Shown here: positions 38,101 through 50,100 of the stretch, one piece after another
Numbering within the stretch: position 1 is the stretch's first letter
How the letters are laid out: every line of letters begins with the position of its first letter
Origin: Phoronis australis
Taxonomy: Eukaryota > Animalia > Phoronida
Length of the DNA stretch: 64,000 nt
Reading direction: 5' to 3'
Assembly (NCBI GenBank): GCA_002633005.1
Contig: NMRA01000271.1
Location: 507,722-571,721, forward strand
The notes under the pieces: model-generated
Told to the model about the DNA's origin: nothing
What the model saw: only the letters and a program-made list of their open reading frames with translations
The model's database searches: none
Position numbers and translations under genes: made by a program

Positions 38101-41100
38101 TTAAAAAATCGCTTTTGACAAGAAAGGCGAAAAGAGTATAAAGAAAGGGTGTCGAAAATAAGAATTTATGTAGTAAGTATTTTCGGATACTGGAACCACA
38201 TGGGCAGTTTGCAAGAAGGACTTTAAGTAGGTCAAATAACAGTAAAAGTTGGTCTTACCTCGCGGATGAGGACGGCACTTTTTAATGATAATTAAGCTAC
38301 AAATTCAGATGACATTGCGATTGAATGTTGAAATACCTAACATGGAAGGCATTTATAGGTCATATTTACCAAAAACAAGCTTTCACCGAATAATTATCCG
38401 ATTACTGAGATTTTCACTCGTCCCAGAATAATCGGCTTTTTCTTTGCTTCGGCTTTATTTGAACTTAGGAACTCGAGTTCTCAAAAACGGCTTGGTGGGA
38501 TTCGCTGAAACTTTCTAAACTTAATATTTATACATCAATCTCAAAAACATTTTTATGATTCTTGATGAAAAGGGCTTGTTTTTGCGTAATGTAACAAAGA
38601 CGAATACGACTTCTGTTTTTTTCAAAAAATGCTTGTAAACGTTTTGCGATTTGATATGTCATAGAAACTAATCGAAAGGACTAATTGAAAATTCCGAACA
38701 TCGTTTTTGAGGTAACTTGTGAAGCTTTTACTTCAAAGAGGTTTAATTAAAATCGACGGAGGGTTTATTTTCTTATGAATGTACCTTTCTTAAAAATGAA
38801 AATTTGTCTTGTTAACGTAATAACAATAATGGTAATACATACAAAGCATGTTTTATATTTCCTGTTCGTTTTTCTTTCAGAAAATATTTACTTTTACTAG
38901 TTGACAAAGCTTATTTTTTAGATGTACTAGTTAGAATGGAGGACACTAAATAAGGTTTGAGATAACTTTAACTTTATGAGATTTCCTTGTATCAACAGAT
39001 TCGGTGGCTCATTTGATAACCTGTTTTGGGGAGTGTTTGCCATGACGGACAGAGATTCGACCAGTTTCAACTCGCAACAGGCTGTGGTTGAAGCTGTAGG
39101 CTTCTTGATGTTTGGAACATTCCATGTGTTAATTGTCATCATGTTACTCAACATGCTTATTGCTATGCTGTCGACGTCCTACGAAACCACTGAAGTAAGT
39201 GTTGACGTTTGATCGTACAATATGCCCAGAATGTTGAAAGTCATTTGATTTTCAGAACTCAAATTTTTGGGGTTGAGAGTACTTTTCTGCTTGTGCCTGA
39301 GACAGGGCTGGTCAAAATGTTGTGCCAGTATAAATAGGCTAGAGGTTTGTTGAAGTAGAGCAATATATTTCAGATATGATGTTACATCACCACCTGAAAC
39401 CGGTTTTAAGAAATTATGGGTGAAAGTTGTGCACTTATTATTATAACTTATTTTCCAAATGATTTTTTTTCAGTATGATTTCAAGTTTTTTGAATGTGAA
39501 GATGTATTGTCTTGTATGTGTTTTACTGCAATTGTGCCTAGTGAAAAGAAAAATATTAGCTAATCTCAGATTGTCTGTAGAAGTTTAAATGACGAGTGCT
39601 TGCTTGGAATGTAAGGTGGAGTGACAGATAGCGTTGTACCTTTTTGATGACTTACGTGTAGTGCTCTCTATTGAGTGTCTGTACCAACACAGACTATAGT
39701 ACATGTTGTCTATAATCTATGGTACCATGCAATATTTTCAATTGATGATACTAGGTGGGTGTGTGGACGACAGTTCGTCTTATGCGTTCATAACTGAGTG
39801 ACCTCTAATTTCACCGAGGAACAAATTGAGATGAATTTCCTAACGATATGTTGTCTGAATCAAAAGTTGTCTTTTGTGGCGGAAGGTGGATTTGTTGGTG
39901 CTTTGATTACTCCCAGTACGTTTCGGTACATGAGACTATCTATATTACTGGGTTCCATTTAAATGACGAAAATACTAAGTGAAGATCCCTTTCGAAACCA
40001 AACAACCGCACGTTGATGTAGTAATGTGTACATCCGTTTCGCCCATATCTCACGGACTTGATTCTCCACCGGGTGTGCCCTCTATCATTCAGTTGTAGAA
40101 TGAAGTGATAAAAATAGTACCGTGGATTCCCTAATGTCGGGGGAATCCCATAACTGATCTGAATACAATGCAGGTAGATCAAGTCCAGGATCTCTGTTAA
40201 GACTAGGTCTGTGGACTTGGATCTCAATTGCTTCTCGTACCCTGCGCTTCCAATTCTCTGGGTGTAGACTTAATGTACTGAACTCCTCATCAAAGATCTG
40301 GTGATGGAGATCTCTGGCATGCTCTTGGGCAGCAATAATAGGTCTGCGGTTGGGGTTGCAATGATCCTTAACCCTGGTCGATAACTGGCGACCCGTATCA
40401 CCGATATAGTTGTCAGTACACTCACCGCACTTGTATTCGTAGATCATCACCACACCTGTCGAAGGGCGGTGACACATCTTTCACTGATGGGAAGATGGTC
40501 AAAGTATTTAACACTAGTCGGTCCATTCTCCCATCAGTGAAAGATGTGTCACCCGCCCTCGAGAGCTGTGGTGTGATTTACGAATGCATGTGTGGTGAGT
40601 GTGCTGACAACTATCGAGGTGAGAAAGTTCGTCAGTTATCGACCAGGGTTAAGGATCATTGTAACTCCAGCCTTGGAACCTTTACTGCTGTTCAGAGAGA
40701 TCTCCATCAAAAGATCTCTGTCGTGGACCTCAGTATATTAAGTCTACACCCACAGAAGTGGAAGATCAGGGTACGAGAAGCAACTGAGATCCAAGTCACA
40801 GACCTGGTCTTAATAGGAAATCTTGGACTTGATCTACCTGCATTGTATTAAGATCTGTTGTGCAACCTCCCCCAACATTAGGGAATCTCCGTTAGTGTTT
40901 TTATCGTTTTATTCTACAACTGAACGACAGAGGGCAAATCTTGTGGTGAGATATGGATACAACGGCAGCACACTGCCCACATCTAGGTACGGTTCTGTGG
41001 CTCCAAAAGGGATGAGTATCGGTACAAGAGTACCGGGTGTGCAACAACAGCTTTGACCCACGACCTGTCCGCACTTTCTTACAGGAGAGGAAAGACGTAG

Positions 41101-44100
41101 AGTGGAAGTTCTCCCGCGCAGGGCTGTGGCTGGACTATATTCTCAAGGGCGAAACGCTTCCCGTGCCTTTCAATATCATTCCTACCGTGAATTCCGCCAT
41201 CCGCATATGTATCCAACTCAAGGCTCTTTGTGGTTGTGGTGCCAAACTTGCTCGGCGGAGGGTACATGTATGTGCTGTCATCTGTTTTTTATTCAGGGTT
41301 TGGTCATGATGTAGTGTTATAACACAGAGCTACCGCAGACCAAGAGCTATGAGTATTGAATGCAAATTTGCACAGCTCATAGCTCATGTCTGCCGTGGAA
41401 AATGAATGAACCGTGAGGATTTTGCCACGTGAGAAGTTTGTTTTATTCAGGATTGAATCGTGATCTAGTGTTATACTTTATGACTACCACAAACAAAGAG
41501 CTACGTGTCTCAAATTTAAATTAGCTCAGCTCATAGCTCATGTCTGTGAGAAATGTGAACCGTGAGGATTTTGCTGCATGAGGACGTGAAAGGATCGTCT
41601 TCGTTGCTGGACTCTTTTACCTGACAATCAAAAATCCTCACAGCTTGCGTGTGATTTGAGCTATGCGCTTTGCCAATTAACGTATTTGCCGTAATAACCG
41701 CCCGTGCCCCTGTAAGCGCCCCCCACGTGTTTTCAGACTTTGCTAAAATAAGCGCCCAGTCCATGAACCTGTACTTGCGAAAAATGCCTTACCTACAGTC
41801 CTAAAATTCTACAGTAACGTCTTCAATTTATCAATAATATCCTACAGTGCTGAAAAAAATCATTGTGCGTGGAATTTGTAGACCATGAGCCTCGCCGCTA
41901 TGTCAGTATTTAGCCGTGACTATACAGTTCAAACTTCCGCCATGCCTCAAAATAAACACAAAAGTTCTGCTGATATTGTGAGGACCAATGGTCTGGCCTT
42001 TCTCAACAGAAGAGTGTAGTTGTCTACGGGATTGCTTTTTAGATATTTCCCGCTTTCAACAGGAATCCAAATTTCTTTGTAGGCCTACACGTGAAAACCG
42101 CGAATCGAAGGCTAATAAAAAGCTTGGCCAGTGTTAAAAGCACGTGGCCAGGAAGCGCGTGCTACATACATGAACCTGTCATCAAAAGCATTAGTCTGGA
42201 ACTATCCATTCATGAAACAGGTAGCATAGCATCGGCAAGAAATGAATATTGGCACTATTTCCCACAGTTTCTCATACTATAAAAAATGTTTGCATTATTT
42301 TTAGGTTGAATTGTTTGGTATTTTTATGCATAATATCTGATAAAATGACCACTGAAAGTGAATGCTTACACACCCTTACACAGAAAAATAACTGTCAGAT
42401 AGTTACATGTACGTACGCATCCAGCAACACGGCGACTAGTATGGGCCTTACCGAGACAAATGTCGAACGTTTTTAGCACATGAGACCGCAAGTGCTGAAT
42501 GAAACACACTCTGGTTTAAGCCTACTGCTTGTGCAAATTTCTTTCAGATACAATACACATCTAGCTCGTTACATTGCGTGGCTCTGGCCAAAAGACGGTC
42601 TCTTCTCTGGCAAATGAACTCTGGTGACGCGCACGTGCTCGCTTACTCACAAATGAAGACAACTTCAAAACAAATGCCACGTGACAACAACGTGTGTTCG
42701 TCCAGACATTTTCTCATGTTGCCGATCAAGTATAGAATGCACAATGTAGCACAGATTTGTACTTAAACCTGCCGCGATCCCGACTTCATGGGAACTTAGA
42801 AATCTTACGGACGCTACTTGGAAAACTTAAGAGGATTTCAGGTAATTTGCTTGAGTCGAAACTGTATTTTTATTATGCACCCACATATTTATATGTGGAC
42901 GCATTATGCCGTCATCTCCGTCCGTCCGTCCGGGCGGCGTCCGTCCGGGCGGCGTCCGTCTGGCATCTGCTGCTCTATCTCCAAAACCCTTTGACATACG
43001 TTCATGAAATTTGGCACATATGTTCCATTCATGAATGGGACGACATGAGCGAACTTCCAGACGAATCGAATACCGGTGTGCCCCCTAGTGGCAATTTTAG
43101 TTTTTTACGCTTACCTTTGTATATTCAAAAGTCCTGAACAGATTTTCATGAAATTTGATATGTAGGCACCTATTAGTGCAATGACGCTATCCTCCCATTT
43201 TCGGATGGATTCGACATAGTTTGCGCCACCTAGTGGCCATTTTTACTGTCCACCCCTCTATCAACCAAACCGCTCACGGATGATTGTGAAAATTGGCATG
43301 TATATTCAGATGCTTACTATGAAGAGGACAGTTGACGATGATTTTCCGACAGTTTCGACTACTGTGGCGCCTCCTACTGACAGTTTTTTTGCGCCTATGG
43401 CTGTATCTCCTAAACCGTTCATAGGATCTTTACAAAATTTAATAAGTATATTTATATGATATTAACAACGGACGACGACGACTTTTGGACAGATCCGACT
43501 ACTGGTGTGCCCCCTAGTTGGAATTTTATTTTTTTATGTTCACCTTTGTATCTTCAAAAGTCCTTAACGGATTTTCATGAAATTTAATATGTAGGCACCT
43601 ATTAGTGAGGTCACGCTATCCTCCTGTTTGCAGATAGATTCGACATAGTTTGTGCCACCTAGTGGTCATTTTTACTGTTTTGTGTCCACCCCTCTCTCAA
43701 CCAAACCGCTCAAAGGATGATTGTGAAAATTGCAATGTATGTGCTTACTATAAAGAGGACGGTTGACGATGATTTCCGAAGATTTCGACTACTGTGGCGT
43801 CTCCTAGTCGCAGTTTTGTTTCTGGTGCGCCTATGGCTGTATCTGCTAAACCGTTTGCAGGATCTTTACTTAATTTAGCAAGACAGTGTATTTATATGAT
43901 GTTGACAATGGATGACGACGACTTTCGGACAGATCTGACTTCTGCTGTGCCCCCTAGTGGCAATTTTATTTTTTTACGTTTAACTCAGTATCTTCAAAGG
44001 TCTTCAATCGATTTTCATAAAATTTTAAGTATAGGCATCTATTGGTGTGATGACGCTATCTTCCTGTTTTTGGATGGAATCGAGGTATTTTGCACCACCT

Positions 44101-47100
44101 AGTGGCCATTTTTGCTGTTTTCAAATCTTGTTTTTGGTGTCTACCCCTGTATTAACCAAATCATTTGAATATTGGCATATATGTTCTGTGTGAAGACGAC
44201 CTTTGATGATGGTGACTGATTACTGTGGCGCCTCCTAGTGGTAGTTTTGTTTTGCGCCCATAGTTGTATCTCCTTAACCCACTGCAGGATCTTTACTAAA
44301 TTTAGTATGTGTATTTATATGAAGATAACAACAGACGACGACTACTTTCAGGTGGATTCAACGGACACTGTGCCCACTAGTGGCAATTTCATTTTATTCT
44401 GTTTTCCTTTGTTTCTCTGAAATTCCTTGACAGATATTTATGAAATATGGCATGTTCATGTTTGTGGATGGATTGTATGTTTTTGCGCCATCTAGTAGCC
44501 ATTTTTATGATTATAAATAACCCTAAAAGCACACCATTTGCAATGCATTCGTGGGCGCATTTCAACGCTCCGCGTTGCTGTTGTTCAAGCATTGCGAGGT
44601 AGACAGTCTGCGAGTTTTCGCCCTGGGATTTCAGCACAATTATCTGTAAAATGATCGTAATTTAGCAGCAAAGGTTAATAGCAATGCACCACGGTTTTTT
44701 AGAAAATCTTTCATAGATTACAGATACGTCACAGATCGTAAATATGATGAATCTTAGCGTCCGATTTCACCCGTTTCAGAGACCGGGGCCCGGTCTCCAA
44801 TCTCCGTACTCAGACTCGAATCATGCTCAAACTCACACTTCATACTCAACTCGAGTACAGACTCAGCTTTGGTGTATTCAATGTCATACTCGAAAAATCT
44901 GTACTCCAAATTTCGAGCACATACTCAGTTTTCGAGTGTACTCGAACTGATGTGTATCTCATCTATATTTCGAGTACGATTTTGAGTAAAAATTTGGAGT
45001 CTATGCTCAAATTTCAAGTTTGGTATGGCAGTGTGCTTGAAATCGTACTCGAAAATAAATACGAGCCAGAGAACAAAATATCGAAAGGGAACCAAGAAAC
45101 ACAGCAAATCTAAAAAAATAAGTCCTCTTACCGTATCTCAGCACTTCAATTTCAGTTCAGAGATAATAGTTTTCATCTTAAATCTTCTTATTCTTCACCT
45201 TATTAACCCGCCGTATCACTGTATGTTATGGCCGCCATTCTACCTCTACTATTCCTGGCAACAGGCGCATTGTAATCCCTTGTCGGCGAGTCATAACAAG
45301 CGTCGAAAGCAGTTGTGGGAAAAGTCGTGTGAGAAGTTTGTGCTGCCCTTATTTCGGTATGTGTGCCTACGTTTTGTAGGGTTTCCAAAAGACGAGGAGG
45401 GGAGGGAAGTTAAAAAAAGTTCGCTTCCCTGTCAGGTACATTTCTCATCATAACTTAGTAGTCTATAATTCCTCAATCCCCAAATGGAATTCCAGATTTT
45501 GTTTGCCGATTTCTAAGTAGACGTCTCGTCCCGTTCACTGCCACTGGTGAACTCTGAATGCCTGCACAAGTATTGTTTTTTAACTCACGTGCCAAATGTC
45601 AACTCACTTGATACATCCCGGTAAAATACAAAGATACAGTACCAAAGTTTGACATCAGCATAGGCCTACACAGCAATGGGTTTTATGTCAAGACTAAATT
45701 AGCAACAGAGATGTGATGTGATGTGATAAGCTGTTACAAATTTCAGACATTTTCGGGACTTGGTGAGGAAGTCAAGAAGTAAAGCTTGATAATTGCCAAA
45801 TGTATCAAAGAAATGGCATAAGAATATTTATTGAAACTAAAAAATGAATAACAGTTACAGAACACTCAGAATTCCACGTTATAGACATACTGTTGTTGTT
45901 GTAGCGACAGCAGACGATAATGTAGGCCTAGTTCTTGGGGTGGTCTATTCCAATAGCGAGCGATGAATCAGCGCGGCTTTGCGTGATTTTGCACTTCACA
46001 CCATAAAGAGTTCCATAGCAACTCGAGTATGAGTGTCAGATTTGAGTACGTTTGGAGTCTACTCGAAATAAGACATTAGATACGCTTTTTTGAGTACGAC
46101 TCCAGTGAGCACGATTTTGAGTATGAAATCTCGAGTATGAGTATGAGTCTGAGTACGGAGATTGGAGACCGGGCCCGGGTTTCAACGACCTTGGGTTATA
46201 ATAAGCGCCCTCCTAAAACAAACTTTTCTAAGCGCGCTGGGTGGTTATTATGGCGAATACGGTACTTCTGAAAGCCAGATTAATCTAACCTGACACGAAC
46301 AAATATCTTGTTGGCTCATTGTTACGGTACACTCATTGTTACCGTGTGCATTACATTTACGCTCAGTTGCCTCTCACTGTGTCCTAACACCAGTTATAGT
46401 CGTGTTAGGTTATCTTTACCTGGGGCAGCTAACTGAGCTTATAGTTTTCTGTATGCAATAGCCTTGTTTAAAACTGCTCAGTATCGCAAATTCTGTCCAT
46501 TAAGTTGATTTAGACCATTTGTCATGATAAAATTGGCCTCAAGTGTTACCCTGACTCAAAGTGTTTTGTGGACTTTAAAAGTACTTGCTGTACATCAGTG
46601 CTTGAGACTTGGCGTTAATAAATCGTGTTGTGCACAGAAAGCAATTTTGCTGGACAAATAGGTTTAAAGGAGAATGCCACCCAAAAAACAACCTATTTTG
46701 TATCAATTTAGATCGAGTAGTTCTACTCGATAACTGCAGGTTCGGTTGCGTTACCTGACACCTGATGGCAGACGAAGGTGTTGAAATTATCCAATGACGT
46801 AATTGGTTTCACACTCAGTTTGTTCAGCAGTTCACAACACCGCCTAGCGGTGTCAGTTTATCGCTTGAATTCATTGTTTAACACCAATAAATCATGAAAC
46901 TTCTTCGAAAAACCCTTAAAAATACACCGAGTTCTTATAAAAAAGTGTTGTTTTATTTCACTGAGTTACGGATTTACTGGTATTTGGACACACCGTAGCC
47001 TACTAAGTTCAGCACTGAGGCCAATTTGCCAAGGTTCGTAGCAGGAGTTTTTGGTCTGTTCGGAGATAAATTCGAAATATTCTTCCGTGAAATACAGACC

Positions 47101-50100
47101 AAAGGTTGTACAGTAACAATGATTTGAATAATGTATTTGTATTTCTAAATAAAGATTCCCCTAACATGTGACAATAGCATATAAAATCGAGTAATTGTTT
47201 CACATCAGCTTTCTGTCAGCAGACACTGAATTAGCATGCGCTCACACGGCATCGGTGCCCGGTCAATTACCTTTGTTGCCGATTGGTGGTTTATTCATTG
47301 CTGGCTTCTCAAAACATTCATTTGCACTCATGAGCACTCCAAGGCATTACTAATTGTACCTAATGAGACAGACTTTTTTCAGTTTCATGCAAGCATTGGT
47401 TAGGATCATTTTAGGNCCTACTAAGTTCAGCACTGAGGCCAATTTGCCAAGGTTCGTAGCAGGAGTTTTTGGTCTGTTCGGAGATAAATTCGAAGTATTC
47501 TTCCGTGAAATACAGACCAAAGGTTGTACAGTAACAATGATTTGAATAATGTATTTGTATTTCTAAATAAAGATTCCCCTAACATGTGACAATAGCATAT
47601 AAAATCGAGTAATTGTTTCACATCAGCTTTCTGTCAGCAGACACTGAATTAGCATGCGCTCACACGGCACCGGTGCCCGGTCAATTACCTTTGTTGCCGA
47701 TTGGTGGTTTATTCATTGCTGGCTTCTCAAAACATTCATTTGCACTCATGAGCACTCCAAGGCATTACTAATTGTACCTAATGAGACAGGCTTTTTTCAG
47801 TTTCATGCAAGCATTGGTTAGGATCATTTTAGGATGAGAATAATTCATTTTGAAACAGAACGCGGAATAATAAATGTCTACCTGGCAACTCGCCCGGCGC
47901 CAATCCCGCCAGTTAGTCAAGAGCTCATCCGACGAAGACTTCACGAGTCGTATTGTTAAGTTTCACAGGCTATCAGTTTGAACCGCCATACACTGAGCAA
48001 GAAGTACTAGAGGGGCGCCGTGAACATACCGCTAGGCAATGGAACGTATGGATAGTTCTTTGGTAAGTCGGAATTTGTCAGAGAAGTCACTGTCAACGAA
48101 ATGTTGGCCACAGACACGGAGATGATTCACGGCCGCATACTTGCTATTAACAGCATACCTTTCATTCTTCATTACCGCGAGCCACTTCGTAAGCATTTCA
48201 AGCTGTCGTGGAAGTCGAAAACCGATATACCTGCTTTCTTCGCATCTTCATAGTTCGGAAAAGCGGGAACCGATGCACTGCAATATAGCAGCATTTACTC
48301 TGCAGACGAACCACTAACGTCGCTGCGTCGCTTTTCACCTTCCTCACAGGTTAACATGACACCTCTCGGCAAGGTGAGGTCGACCGTATATGAGGCGATG
48401 TGGATATAGACTGATTAAGATGGTAAAAAAGACTAATTAAATCGGGTGGCATTCTCCTTTAAGGTGGTTCGGCACATCTGTTTTTTTCTCCCTACGTCTC
48501 AGTATTTGAAGTTAACTGGTGATGAATGTAAGGTATTTTTTGCTAGACAAAAACGATCATTTTTGTAAAATATCTGACATATCCTTAAGCATGGTTTGTA
48601 CTAGGCATAAAACAACATTTTGGTGAAATTATACATTTGTGCTAAGGAATAGTCATGTATGGCAATTCTCCACTTATTTTGCACATTAGAAAATTGTTCC
48701 ATTTTGCAAATGCTACAAACTTTGCTACAGATGATGGAAACTTAATTTACCAATTAAATGTTATTTTGTGATGTCTACACATCAGTGCAAACCAGTCTAG
48801 TAATAGATTTAAGTTTTTTGATCTTTATTTTTGTGAAGAAATTTTACAAAATTAGAATTTCACTTGTCATTCATATGGTGTTCTAAAGAAGAATTACTGT
48901 ATGTGCAAAATAAATGGTGGTTCTTTTTTCACAAGCTGGTTTCCATTATTTGATTGATACATTAAAACTTTCAATTGTGTGTCTTTTGTAAGCTATAAAT
49001 TATGCTAAACTTACTGCCAACTTCATAAATTATTTTGTAAAATACCTTTATTTTAGAAAGTACAAAAATCAAATGACAAGCAAAAAATCTTCAGAGTGGG
49101 GTACCTGAACTTGATGAAAAAACTGAAGTTAAAGTACGCCAAGTCAGTTCTAGATGGACAGCATATTGTGGTCAGCATTAACGAAGGTAAGATATTGACT
49201 TAAAAGTTTAGCATTAAATCCAGCAGCTAGCATCATGCTTGTTTTTTTCCATTTATCAATTGGAGGTCGAGTAAACACAGAAAAGTAATAAACACTGGTA
49301 AAACTTAAGTGTTACCTGAGGGAGTCCCTCAGATGGTCTGCTTGTGCTGACATATGATAAAGGAGTCATTCCCGCCCTCATGAAAATCGCAATAGCTTAT
49401 ATCATTGGCCCTTACCCCTGTAGCCAAGGTATACATTCAGTTCTGGGAGAGTGTAGGTGGGACGTAGTATAGACGCATAGAAAACATGTTTTTCTTGTAT
49501 TGGCATCTATACAAGATGTTGTGACTTCTTCATTACACTGACTCAGAATGAAATTGATGAGCTTTGTGGTTAGTTATAGAAATGGGTGCTTTTGGCATTG
49601 CATTACAAGGCAGATCTATATTTTTGGTGGCAGTTCCTGGGTTGAGGGAAGGGCTTCCTGGCTACCTGCCATGATAAGTGTTGAAGAGGATGGCCAAAGG
49701 GCCAGTGTCACCCCACCCCCCGCAATTAACTGACACTTTGTGTCTGCTTACCTTTCTCCAGTGATCTTTTGTCTGAGCTGTTGTGTGGATGATGTCAGAC
49801 TGCCTTTCGCAGTGTAACACTTTGGGGACATTCAAATGCTTTGGAGGCTGAGTATGGTTTTATGCACCCATGTTGCCGTCATCACTGTCTGAGCATCCGG
49901 TGTTCGGGCATCCAGCGTCCACAACTGTTCTGTTAAAGCCCTTGAAGTATCATTATGAAATTTAGCAGATGTGTTTCTATGAAGCTGGCAACAAACGACG
50001 AAGTTCGAACCAATCCGACTGCTGCTTCGCCTCCTAGTGGCAATTTTTAGTTTTTTATGTTTGCTCCTTGATAGGTTTTCATGAAATTTAAGAAATGTGT

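Larger units (their letters stand above)
41681..46264. mobile_element. TcMar/pogo-like MITE (TACCGTA-type ends) hosting two nested insertions
   Basis: TIR cgtatttgccgtaataaccgccc / gggtggttattatggcgaatacggta with repeated taagcgcc motifs; a second partial copy lies at 51297-51933. Confidence 0.75.

Noticed and set aside
40020-40100. Hammerhead ribozyme in the Penelope 3' region
   Set aside because: Minus-strand CTGAATGA...GCGAAAC is suggestive, but the core is non-canonical and I could not build stems I-III.
46999-47833. Recent 417-bp tandem duplication
   Set aside because: The copies meet at a single N and differ at about 3 sites; the second family copy (57260-58833) has the segment once. 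Most likely overlapping contig ends or two haplotypes.
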